64,000 nucleotides of DNA. Origin: Tricharina praecox (Eukaryota). The notes under the pieces were generated by a model. That model searched no databases and was not told the origin of the DNA. It saw only the letters and a program-made list of their open reading frames with translations. Made by a program: the position numbers and the translations under genes. This document shows positions 1 through 10,387 of this stretch, piece by piece. Each line of letters starts with the position of its first letter. Within the stretch, counting starts at the first letter, position 1. The stretch spans positions 186,001 through 250,000 of the forward strand of contig NW_026250438.1 in NCBI RefSeq assembly GCF_024521635.1, in the 5' to 3' direction.

Positions 1-1
1 G

Positions 2-1630
2 CTGGGGGAAATTCCAGCCGCGGTGGAACTATCGGAGGACTGTGTGGCGGCGCTCGAGCGCCAGGCCGATTTCGTCGAGGACCGGAAACGACGGGATGAG
101 GAGCGGTTTGAAAAGCGGCGGTGGGGAGATTGTTGGCTCATCGATGAGGAGCTTGCGGCGGAGGTGAAGAGCCTGTATAAAGCCGATGATACCGAGGGGA
201 TTAACGAGATCGCTCCAGAGGCCGAGCTGCTCGATGTTGCCAAGATTCTGGACCTCTCGGAGAAGTACTTCATGAACGGCTCTGGCGAGAGTAACTACCG
301 AGCCTTCGCCCCGCGCGGCGAGACTCCGTCAATGCGCTACACCGCCTTGCAAGACCTCCACAGTCTGGTCCTCTCCGTTACCCGCCGCATAGTTCAGACC
401 AGCATCTTCATGGCCGAGTCCCGGCTTCGGAATATGGAAAACCAGATCTTCGCACCAGCGCCATTTATCCGTGCTGACGACGTGCAAGCCGCAGTGGAGG
501 CAATGAGTCTGCCCCAAAACACGGTGCAGTACTGGGCGCAGCTACCACGGCGTACCGGACTGGCAGTTGTCGAACACATCATCCAGATGAAATACAAAGT
601 TCCGAAGACGATGGAGCTCACGCACGTCGAGGAGTTCCTGAACAAGCCCATCACGAAAGTCAGTGGCACAAAGATCAGGCGGAAACCCCAGGCACCAGAA
701 GCGAATAGCAACCCCCCTTCCGAAGCCGAGGACTCCGACGCAAGCGAGGCAGGATCCCCCACCGCTCGGTCCTCATTCTCCTCCCTAGATCCCGACTCCT
801 CAGACCTCTCCGACGACGACGCCATGACAACCCACCCCTCGGCCGCCCACATCCGGCGCACACGGAAACTGGCCCTTCTCGCCGCAGCAGAGGACCGCTA
901 CATGAACGCCATCGACGCAAGACAATCCCTGCGTGAGGAGAAACAGCTGTGGCGAGTGATGGGCTTTTCCCCCACCACATCCGCAGATGAGAATGAGGAG
1001 GAGGGGGATGAGGGGGAAGTACCAAACCCTCTCCGCCGCCAAGTGCGGGATCTCGAGTGTACCACCGACTGGCGTGACGACGTGGTATACCACGCACCGT
1101 GGGAGGTGGTGAAAAAATTCGATACGATTTCGTGGCCGGAGGCCGAGCACACCCATCAAGATGCACTACCGGACCAGCCAGCAACTCCAAACCGGAATCG
1201 AAAACGACGGAGGATCCAATACTCCGACGACGAAGAGGAGGAAGCGGAGGCTACGCCGACAGATTCAAGCGCCAGCGATGTCGAAATGCCACCAGCAAAA
1301 AAGCCCAGGTCCAAGTTACAATCACAATCGCAATCACAATCACAAGCACAATCACAATCGAGGCCAAAATCGAAACCGAAATCGAAGCCGAAACCCGCAC
1401 CACCCCCACCCCCACCACCGGTACAGAGATCCCCGAGAAAAGCACGGAATAGAAGACAGAGCGCTGCGCCGGTGGGATTCGTGAATACTGTTGATGCGCT
1501 TATGGACTCTGACGATGGTGCTGCTGGGGACGCTGTTGGAGGCGGGGAGGAGCCACGGGAATATGAGTATGTGGCGGAATATGAGGAGGATGAGGAGGGG
1601 GATGATGAGTATCAAGAGGAGGAGGAATAA
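2..1630 (+). CDS. RRN5: RNA polymerase I upstream activation factor subunit Rrn5-like protein, 5'-truncated by the window edge
   Basis: Frame is open from base 2 (LGEIPAAVELSEDC...). The motif TALQDLHSLVLSVTRRIVQTSIFMAESRLR and the acidic, low-complexity C-terminus resemble Pezizomycotina Rrn5 homologues. Confidence 0.65.
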   Translation: MGEIPAAVELSEDCVAALERQADFVEDRKRRDEERFEKRRWGDCWLIDEELAAEVKSLYKADDTEGINEIAPEAELLDVAKILDLSEKYFMNGSGESNYRAFAPRGETPSMRYTALQDLHSLVLSVTRRIVQTSIFMAESRLRNMENQIFAPAPFIRADDVQAAVEAMSLPQNTVQYWAQLPRRTGLAVVEHIIQMKYKVPKTMELTHVEEFLNKPITKVSGTKIRRKPQAPEANSNPPSEAEDSDASEAGSPTARSSFSSLDPDSSDLSDDDAMTTHPSAAHIRRTRKLALLAAAEDRYMNAIDARQSLREEKQLWRVMGFSPTTSADENEEEGDEGEVPNPLRRQVRDLECTTDWRDDVVYHAPWEVVKKFDTISWPEAEHTHQDALPDQPATPNRNRKRRRIQYSDDEEEEAEATPTDSSASDVEMPPAKKPRSKLQSQSQSQSQAQSQSRPKSKPKSKPKPAPPPPPPPVQRSPRKARNRRQSAAPVGFVNTVDALMDSDDGAAGDAVGGGEEPREYEYVAEYEEDEEGDDEYQEEEE

Positions 1631-1942
1631 GCGGTTGTACATAGTTTTTTGATGATTTTGGTTATGGATAATGGGCGAGCGCCTGGTTTTGGAACTTAGA
1701 ACTTGGTGGGGCGTTTATTTTACTTTATCTTTTTATTTCGGTTTTTGGTGGGAAATACCAATTACATTCAGTTACGAGGGAATGGGGATTAGTTTCTCGA
1801 TGGAACTGCGGCGGTCGTTGCTTTACTATACAGATGGTGCGTAGATTATGAATGAGGCAGACGAAGGCCGAGTGCCCACGCCGTCCGTCCAGCCTCTCGA
1901 TTAGTCGGGACAGGATTTGGAGCCATTTCTGGTTCAGACGGA

Positions 1943-1998
1943 AGAGAGAGAGATCTTCCTGTTTTATTTCCCATGCAGCCTATCTAGACTATGGCGAA
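1943..1998 (-). mobile_element. Retroposon-like 3' tail module, copy 1
   Basis: Minus strand reads ttcgccatagtctagataggctgcatgggaaataaaacaggaagatctctctctc. It matches 22272-22330 and, more loosely, 51191-51250. Confidence 0.6.
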
Positions 1999-2071
1999 GA
2001 AGAGAAAGAGAGAGTTCCGTGCATAGATCTTTCCGCCGGAACCCAAGGTGAGGACCCATGAAGAAAACCAA

Positions 2072-3438
2072 CCTGTGAACTTGAAAAAGTGGTGCACCAC
2101 CCCTTCCCACCCAACCATTAATATTCTGTCGGTGCTCCTCCAGCATCAATCACCGCCTGCAACCTTGCAGGCATACCTTCTACCAATCTATCTAACCTTT
2201 CCTCTTTAATATCACCCCAAGCAATACGTAACATAGTTTCCAACACCTTCTCATCCGACGCCCGTCCCCAAGTCTCTCCCAATTCGGTCTCCATATCCCC
2301 CCAACATGCTTCCATCAGATTCAAATCCGGAGAATCTGCGGGCCACTCTAAAACCTCCATCCCATTCAATTCTCTATAGCGTTTGGCATCTCCTTTATGC
2401 CCCCCTAGAGCGTTGTCTTCCTGAACAACTGTCCATCCATACTCCTCGCAACACTGCTGCCAAAAAGATACCAGTGCAGGCTCCATAATCTTCCGTACAT
2501 AGGACGCCGAGTCGATCTTCGCCTCCTTTCCAGGTACAGGTACAAAGACAAGATTTGATTTCGTTGTACCGCAGAATGCTCCCCAAACCATCATCGATTG
2601 GCGTCCGGAATGGAATTCATGTGTATCAACACAGTCGGGGTGATCCTCCTCGCCAGCTTTTCGAATCACCCATGGACGGTGGTGACCAAAAAAACCTGCA
2701 GCCGAGAAGGAGAAGGAGGATTCATCCGTGGCCCAGATAACTCGTTTCCATTCCTCCTTGGTCCAATGTAGCCTGGCCTGACACCAGGCAACCCGCTTCG
2801 CTCTGTTGTCAGGTTCGACAGCGAACTTCTTTCTCGGGACGCACTTGTGATATCCCATCGACATAATCGCGTCCCGAACCGTCTTGGGGTCGCAGGCATA
2901 CCCCATTTCGACACAGATTGCGTCCCAGCTGAGACGTCGAGTGCGGGAGTCGCGGGTAACAAATTCTTCGAGCCGGGCTTTCTCCGCGGCGTCGAAGAAT
3001 ACTGGGGGTCTGCCGGACCGTTTCCGATTCGAAGGAGTACCGTACCGCTGATACCGCTGATATATTCTCATGGCTGTGCTCTTGTCGATCTTGAACTCCT
3101 TTGCTATTCGCCTCCAGCTCCATCCCGCTTTCTCGCGTAGCGCAATGAGCTGTATTCGCTCGTCCCGTGTCGTTTCTCGGTGACTGACTCCTTCCGGTAC
3201 CGGATCGCGGACTCCTTTTTGCTTCATGCTTTTGTGCGGCGATGGACTTCGTATAACGACCGAATGCTCGAACAATTAGACTTCACAACGACAGAATTCG
3301 CACGACGATGGTGGGTGGCGGTGTTGAGTTCGCCTTATATACAAGCCGAATATTCGAGAATGTCACCATTACATCATCAACCCGGCCACCCAACCAGCCA
3401 TGGCGCTTAAGGGGGTGCACCACTTACCCTTACACCAG
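2072..3438 (-). mobile_element. Tc1/mariner element with one degenerate terminal inverted repeat (TIR)
   Basis: 12-bp perfect inverted core aagtggtgcacc (2087-2098) / ggtgcaccactt (3414-3425). The right end is followed by TA (3439-3440); the left end has diverged and has no TA. Confidence 0.75.
2118..3275 (-). CDS. Tc1-family DD34E transposase (385 aa, no introns)
   Basis: N-terminal HTH, GRP motif (RSGRPP), second HTH, then TDES...VWGAF...QEDNA...WPADSPDLNLME. There are 34 residues between the second D and the E. Confidence 0.93.
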   Translation of the reverse strand: MFEHSVVIRSPSPHKSMKQKGVRDPVPEGVSHRETTRDERIQLIALREKAGWSWRRIAKEFKIDKSTAMRIYQRYQRYGTPSNRKRSGRPPVFFDAAEKARLEEFVTRDSRTRRLSWDAICVEMGYACDPKTVRDAIMSMGYHKCVPRKKFAVEPDNRAKRVAWCQARLHWTKEEWKRVIWATDESSFSFSAAGFFGHHRPWVIRKAGEEDHPDCVDTHEFHSGRQSMMVWGAFCGTTKSNLVFVPVPGKEAKIDSASYVRKIMEPALVSFWQQCCEEYGWTVVQEDNALGGHKGDAKRYRELNGMEVLEWPADSPDLNLMEACWGDMETELGETWGRASDEKVLETMLRIAWGDIKEERLDRLVEGMPARLQAVIDAGGAPTEY

Positions 3439-3552
3439 TACATAGCCAGTGGTAAGTATCTGCATATCGCCATACCGCCATACCCGTGCATCTCATCTTA
3501 TCTCACGGGAGAGTACCTGCAGGCTATACGCAACGATGTGTGTACCTAAGTA

Positions 3553-3652
3553 CAGTAGCAAAAAGTGGGGTGCGATTACTACCTGAAAAATACCGCGGTC
3601 AAATGATCGCGGTATTCACCCCGTATCAATCGCACCCTACTTTTTGCTACTG
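3553..3652. mobile_element. 100-bp hairpin MITE of Tc1/mariner type
   Basis: TA|CAGTAGCAAAAAGTGGGGTGCGATT...AATCGCACCCTACTTTTTGCTACTG|TA, with an inner inverted repeat aataccgcggtca/tgatcgcggtatt. Confidence 0.88.
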
Positions 3653-4011
3653 TACATACCTGAGGTAAGTAGTATATAGATTCAAAGTCCAACTGACAAG
3701 ATTTCCAGACCAAACTAGGTAATGTACATTATGTAGATAAGTGCGCAAGAAAAATAAGAAGAATGATAAAGTTGTTAGGTATTCCAATTCATGCTCAGAG
3801 CTCCATCTCCTGGGTGAGAGACCCTAAAAACGTGATGAGACAAAAGGTTGATCAATTGTGTAGGTGGTCTACCGTCTATGATGAACAACAGAAATAACAA
3901 GACGAAACAAGATAAGAATAGAATAGCAACAATAGAAGATCAACAGAAGGAATATGACGAAACAAGACAATAACAGATGAACCTCAGGAAGTCCCAGACG
4001 AACAAGCACAC

Positions 4012-4573
4012 TAGAGAGTTTGCGCTTTGCGTCTAGACTCAAAAACCAGGCTGTGACCCGGTTTTCTTGGCACTCTGGACCCGGAAATTTGCGTTTTGTC
4101 CAGACGCAAATCAAGGGTATTTGCGTCGAGACAAAACGCAAATCCAGCCTTCCACCAAATACCACCAACAACCACCATGAACCGTCGTCACGTCCCAAAT
4201 TCACCGTCAACGAGAATTAGAATACCGTCATGCTCAGATTGTGCATAGGATGTTTCTTGGAATCCAGAAAAAAAGAGTCGGATGCCACCCAAAGACCGAA
4301 GGGATGAGGTTGGATAGGTATGGTTCCAGATGAAAATTGGAAAGCCAAAAAAAACGTGAAATCAATGAACTCGCGATACGACTGGATTTACTACAGGAAG
4401 TACACGCAGAAAATCGAATTGAAGAACCCCGACGAGACGTGTTGCTACCTTGGTTGGCACACCGTTGATCTGTCGATCTTTTGAGCAACTGCGCAAACTC
4501 TCTAGACGAACCCACAACGATCAAGTGAAAACCAAGCTAAATTTACATCCAGACGCAAAGCGCAAACTCTCTA
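4012..4573. mobile_element. Non-autonomous TIR element (hAT-like TAG...CTA ends)
   Basis: TIR tagagagtttgcgctttgcgtct(a/g)ga at 4012 and inverted ending at 4573. An extra partial TIR lies at about 4491-4504, with internal gacgcaaa-type subterminal motifs. No TSD detected. Confidence 0.65.
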
Positions 4574-4718
4574 CTATAAAATAAAACGATCACAGCTACC
4601 GCTGACCAACAAATCAGATACATAACAGACAACAGGTGACGAGACAGACAAACAGACAGACAGACAGCCGACTAGCGGCGATCGATCATTTTGCGGTTGG
4701 CCGGATCGATGAATACAT

Positions 4719-5306
4719 TGTTAGAAAAAAGGTGTATGCATACCACCGTGCCGGCCAACAAAAGGAATCAAAACAAAGCAACAAATCAAAACAAACCCGG
4801 TCAAGCGGAGTATATAACACCGGGTCCGCAACTGGTCCCAACATCTTGGCAGCAAGTCCGTCCAAGGTCCGCAGCCAAGGATCGAAAGCCGTCGCCAAGA
4901 TGTCAGTTCCAGCTGTGTCCCACAGTATATAGTCAAACCCCCAAAACACTAGGTCCCTCCACTCCGCCGCTCGGCACAAGGCTTCCTCGAGGGAATCCAA
5001 ACTGAGAACGGGGGGGAGGGGGGGAATGAACCCGGCCACCTGTCGAAGCGCAAAATTCGAAAGTTTTAACGCCTCGACGCCCGCGCTCCCTCGGCAGCTC
5101 AGCCGCCTCCCTGGGTGGTGCGTGAAGTAGGTATCTGGTGACGGTAGATGTGGAGTGGACGCGGCCGCCTGTATTTTAGATGGCTCGGAGTTTTTGACGA
5201 AGCAGACTTCAAATTGCCCTTTTTGCCGAACCGGAGTTGAACATGGGCTCCGACGGTGATGAGCCAACAGCCAACCTAAATGGGCTGCTGAAATTTAGCC
5301 GTAACA
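4719..5306. mobile_element. Possible solo-LTR relic
   Basis: Bounded by TGTTA...TAACA with TATA-like motifs inside, within a transposon cluster. The flanks (tacat / gacgg) do not form a TSD. Confidence 0.25.
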
Positions 5307-7249
5307 GACGGAAGGGGTTTATTCTTAATACACCACGAGAATAGCCCGCTGTGCAGCGCAGGTAGGTGCCACAGTTGTCGTCTCGTACCGGTATCGTATA
5401 TCTCCGTATGTTGTGAGAAGACGGCCATTAAAGAGATGACATGCCGTCGGGGATGAGACGTGGAGTTTCATGTCGTACATCGTGTGGAACGAGGGGAGGG
5501 GAGGGGTGAAAGTTGAGAGCTGATGGATGACTGCTGTTTTCGTGAGCCTGATGGAACTATTGCACTTAGAAGAACGGGGACTTACATCTGTAGTCAAATA
5601 GGCAGTCAAATAGTACCCGCACAGGTATCGAGTGTCGAAGACGTGATGAAAACCACTTAGGTAGTATGGGTAGTAGGATGTATCGTGTGTGAATGGAACG
5701 ATGAAAGGGAGTGTGGGAAGGAAGGAGGGAGTGGGGGAAGGAAGTTGTGAGGAGAAGGGAGGAGGGAGTTGGGAAAGGAAGTTGTGAAGAGAAGGGAGGA
5801 GTGGTCGTGGTAAATAAAGAGAGCTCAGCAGCTCAATCGTCTAGCAATCCTCCTTGAGATAGGTAGTATGAAATCGGCAATGATAGAGTCAGAACCAGGT
5901 GTGATTCGAAATAAACGTGATCAATCAATTCAAAGAAAACTTGGGAGGCAGCGATGTATACAGAAGACAGAGAGAAGCAAGACGAGCGGGGGAGCAAGTC
6001 CCTCTTATATAACAGGTAGCGGCGAAAACCTACCTAACATTTGGTCGACCGCACCGCACCGCACCGCATCGGGTCTGCTCGACGACGATGTAAACAAACA
6101 TCAACAATCACCCCCATAACAGCTGGTCTCAACAGGTCCGCCCAAGGTCCGCCCCCAAAACAACATGTCCCACTCGAGTCACACAGTTTTCTGCCAGCCC
6201 CCGTGCACCCGGAAGTGGGTCTCACCCAAGTCCCATCATTGTCACAGCTGGTCCCAGTCATCCGGCGCTCTCTGGAGTCTAGACAACGCCAGGCTGCCTC
6301 TGCCTCTACCTCTGCTCCTGCTCCTGCGAGGCTGCGCATCTCAGTACTTACAATTGTTATTTGTTTTGTTTCATCATCGTATATAGCATTCGACCTTATC
6401 AGATCATAGCTGTATGATACAAAAATCCAGTTCTACTCCCACCGTCTCCGACCGCTGGACGCTGGCCGCGAGCTCGATGTTCGTTCCCTATTATTGCTCT
6501 CCGCCCAGGACTCCCCGCTCCGCCCTCCCCACTCAACCTCCCGTCCAGTGCCTACTATATAGAGTACACTTGATAAAACCACACACAGAGCTGTTCCAAG
6601 CACCAAGCACCAAGCACCGAGTTCCAAGCACCGAGTGACGACTCATGAAAGCGACGCAGACAAGTCACAACAGCAGACGTTACCCCCTAACACCGCGCAG
6701 CTACACTGTTTCCCAGTGGCTTGGAGCTGGTACATACAGTTACCCCCCCACACCGACCCAATCGTGCAGTGCTGTCTACATAACCCTCTCAACTCCCGGA
6801 TAGCCTTGGAAACTTGCATACACCACAGTCATCTCCTGATGGGCGCTGTCTAAGTACGTACGCCCCAGCCCTACGAAGATCAGGCACCATTGGAGTGATG
6901 AGTCGTGTTCCCCCCCGCGCTAGGGCTTGCAACTTCGCATACTCAAACATATCTCTTCTACACCTTAGATACTAAACCAGACAAGACAGCTCACTCCGTG
7001 TCAACAGGTCACCAACAGATCACCAACGTCACAACGTAGCTAGTAAGGATAGCAGCACGATTTGCAGGCAATGATACTCGATTCAGTACCAACTATAGTG
7101 AGAGCTTTTACATACTACCCACAGAGACAATCACCCGCTTCCCACCCGAACCACTCCAGCACAGTCGCGAAAACCCAAAAAATAAACCACCCCAAGAGAA
7201 ACAAAAAGAGGAAAAACAAAACAAAACAAGAAACTCAATAAACATCACA

Positions 7250-10200
7250 CTACAGGTCTTTCCGTGGAGCCAGGGGCTCAATGTTCCAGATCGTATCGGC
7301 GTATCTGTATCACGCGCATTAGCGATTGAAATGATGAGAGAAAAAAGAGGGTAGGGAACATACTCGTTGATACAGCGATCAGCACTGAAGAATCCCATGC
7401 TGGCGACACTGTTGATGCACTTCGTCGCCCATCCGTCCTTATCTTTGTAGGCCTCGTCGACAAGGTCCTGAGTGGCAATGTAACTCGAGAAGTCGTCGCT
7501 GACCAAGTAGTAATCGCCTCCATCGGTCAAGGACGAGATGAGTCCTCCGTAGGTATCGGGGTGGCCGAAAGCGCCCGACTCGATCTCGTCGCAGACTCTT
7601 CGCAGCTTGGGGTCCATCTCGACCTCTCCGTAACGGTGGCGATGACGGAGGTCCTCAACGTCTTCGGCCAAGTTACCGAGAAGGAAGATGTTCTCCTCGC
7701 CGATCTCGCGGGTGATCTCGATGTTGGCACCGTCGCAGGTTCCGATGATCAGACCACCGTTGAGCACGAACTTCATGTTACTGGTACCCGAGGCTTCGGT
7801 TCCGGCGGTGGAGATGTGCTCGCTGATGTCCGAAGCGGGGATGATCAACTCAGCCTTGCTGACGTTGTAATCCTCAATGAAAATGACCTTTAGGAGATCC
7901 CCAACGTCCTTGTCCTTGTTGACGACCTCACCGACAGCGTTGATGAGACGGATGATGGTCTTGGCCATCCAGTATCCGGGTGCGGCCTTTCCTCCGAAGA
8001 TGAAAGCCCTGGGGACGACCTTCTTGCGTTGGTCGGCCGACATCTCCTTGAGCATCAGGTATCGGTAGATGACACCAAAGATGTTCATCTGTTGACGTTT
8101 GTACTGAGAAAGAGAGAGTGTGTGTCAGCATGGCCCATCATCATCAAGTAATAGATTCCCAGGATACATACCTCGTGAATACGCTTGACCTGGATGTCGA
8201 ACAGCGAGTGGGGGTTGACCGAGGTGCCGGTGGTATCCCTGATGTACTTCGCCAGCCTGATCTTGTTGGCCAATTTGATTTCCATCCACTAGAAAAATGT
8301 CAGTCAATCTACACCTTTGTGTGTGGGGTGGATGGACAAGCTTACGTCACGGCGGAACTCGGGGTCGTTGATGTGCGCCCTCAGGTGATCCAACTGGTTC
8401 AAATCCTTCAGGAAGTTGTAACCACCAAGCTTGCTGGCAATCAAGTCCGAAAGCTTGGGGTTGGCCTGGTGCAGCCATCGGCGGGGGGTGATGCCGTTGG
8501 TGACGTTGGTGAACTTGTCAACACCGTAAATAGAGACGAAGTCCTTGAAGATGGTAGCCTTGATCAGGTCCGAGTGCAACTCAGCCACACCGTTCACCTT
8601 GTGGGAACCGATGATGGCGAGGTATGCCATGCGGACGACCTGGGGCTGCGACTCCTCAATGATGGACACCCTTCCGAGCATGCCACGGTCCTTGGGGAAC
8701 AAGCGCTCGACCTTCTGGAGGAAGTAGAGGTTGATCTCGTAGATGATCTGCATGTGGCGGGGCAGGAGGTTCTGCATAAGTGGAACCGGCCACTTCTCCA
8801 GAGCCTCGGGAAGAACCGTGTGGTTGGTGTACCCGAAGGTTCCCTGGACGATCTTCCATGCCTGATCCCAGGCCAGATGCTCAACGTCGATCAAGATTCT
8901 CTGCAGCTCAACGATAGCGAGAGTGGGATGTGTGTCGTTCAACTGGATGGCGACCTGGTCGGTGAATTCTGACCAGGGACGGTGGGTCTTCTTGAATCGT
9001 CGGATGATGTCGTGCAGCGACGCGGCAACCCAGAAGTACTGTTGCTTCAGTCTGAGCTCCTTACCGGCGTCGATGTTGTCGTTGGGGTACAGCACCGCCG
9101 AGATGGTCTCGGCCTTCTGTTGGTCCCTGATGGAACCTTCATAGTCACCGGAGTTGAACTTTTGGAAATCGAACTCTCCGCTGGCGGGCTTGGACGACCA
9201 GAGACGCAAGTTGTTGGTGGTTGATGTGCTGTATCCAGGGACGGGCACATCGTATGCGATGGCCTGAACAATCTCACCGCCCTCCCAGAGGTTGATGGTC
9301 TTGCCGTCGGCGTCGCTTTTTAACCGGTTAGCGATTACTCGGTCTCACTCAACGTATTCATCCGGGAGTACTCACCACTCCTTCCTCACGTAACCGTAGA
9401 ACATGACGTCCACCGAGACATCAGGTCTGGGGAACTCCCAGGGGTTGAAGTCGAGCCAGTAGTCGGGAACCTCGACCTGGTAACCATCGACGATCTCCTG
9501 CTTGAAGATACCGTAACGGTATCTCAGGCCGTAACCCCAGCCAGGGTAGTTCAGGGTAGCAAGACCGTCCAAGAAGCAAGCCGCCAATCTTCCAAGACCA
9601 CCGTTACCGAGTGCGGCGTCGTGTTCCTGGTTGATGACATCCTCCATCCTGAAACCGAGCTCACTGATTCCGTCCCGAGCGATATCCTTCACCTCGGTGT
9701 TGAGCATGGCATTGTCCAATGCCCGTCCCATTAGGAATTCTAGCGAGAGGTAGTAGACACGCTTCTGGTCCTGGAGGGTCTGGTTCTGCTGCGTCTTGTT
9801 CCAGCCGATCACGAGCTTGTCACGGATGGCAAGCGCGGTTCCGGCATAGGCGGCGGCATCGTCGCAGTTGTACATCGAACGGGCCAATGTAGTCTCGACA
9901 TGACGGACAACCTCCCTCTGAGCAGCACCAAATCCAAATCAGCAACTGCCTACACCGCTGGGTGGGGGGGAGGGGGAGGTATCAAAATCAAACTAACCTG
10001 GAACTCATCTTTCCCTTGGAACTCAGCAACAGTCTTTTTTCGGCACACGTTAGTACTCAATCTCAATCGCAACTCAATCGGCCTCATCACCACACTCGGT
10101 GGCAAAGGACATCTAAAGATCTAGGGGACCCACCAATTTACGCCAACTACATTCATCATGGCGGCAATCAGTACAATGGTCCAGATGCTGCTAGTGCAGA

Positions 10201-10387
10201 ACGTGGGGGACATGGGGGGACGGGATATAGCTTACATTTCTCTCAGCTGTGGAGGAATGCTGGCCTCGACCGCCTTGATCTCACGGATTCCGAATCCGGT
10301 GTGAGTCCTCTTGTGCTTGGGACGGAGATGGGGCTCGCTGACGCCGGTGCCTGGGGGAGGCGGTGTTGCTACTACGGGGGCCGACAT
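7250..10387 (-). CDS. GPH1: Glycogen phosphorylase (multi-exon)
   Basis: Start [10 protein letters not shown]...HKRTHTGF; motifs [39 protein letters not shown] and the PLP site [10 protein letters not shown]. Last exon [17 protein letters not shown]. Confidence 0.97.

Noticed and set aside
4686..5267. 193-aa - strand ORF in the transposon cluster
   Set aside because: Non-ATG start, no recognisable motif, and it lies within a probable repeat relic.
5881..6039. Short TG...CA segment with a TATA motif as a second solo LTR
   Set aside because: No TSD, primer-binding site or second copy in the window; too weak to call.
7108..7249. Hydrophobic C-terminal extension of GPH1 in the ORF track
   Set aside because: Artefact of reading through the last intron; splicing gives the canonical [10 protein letters not shown] end at 7250.
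8118..8972. 284-aa + strand ORF
   Set aside because: Antisense shadow of GPH1.
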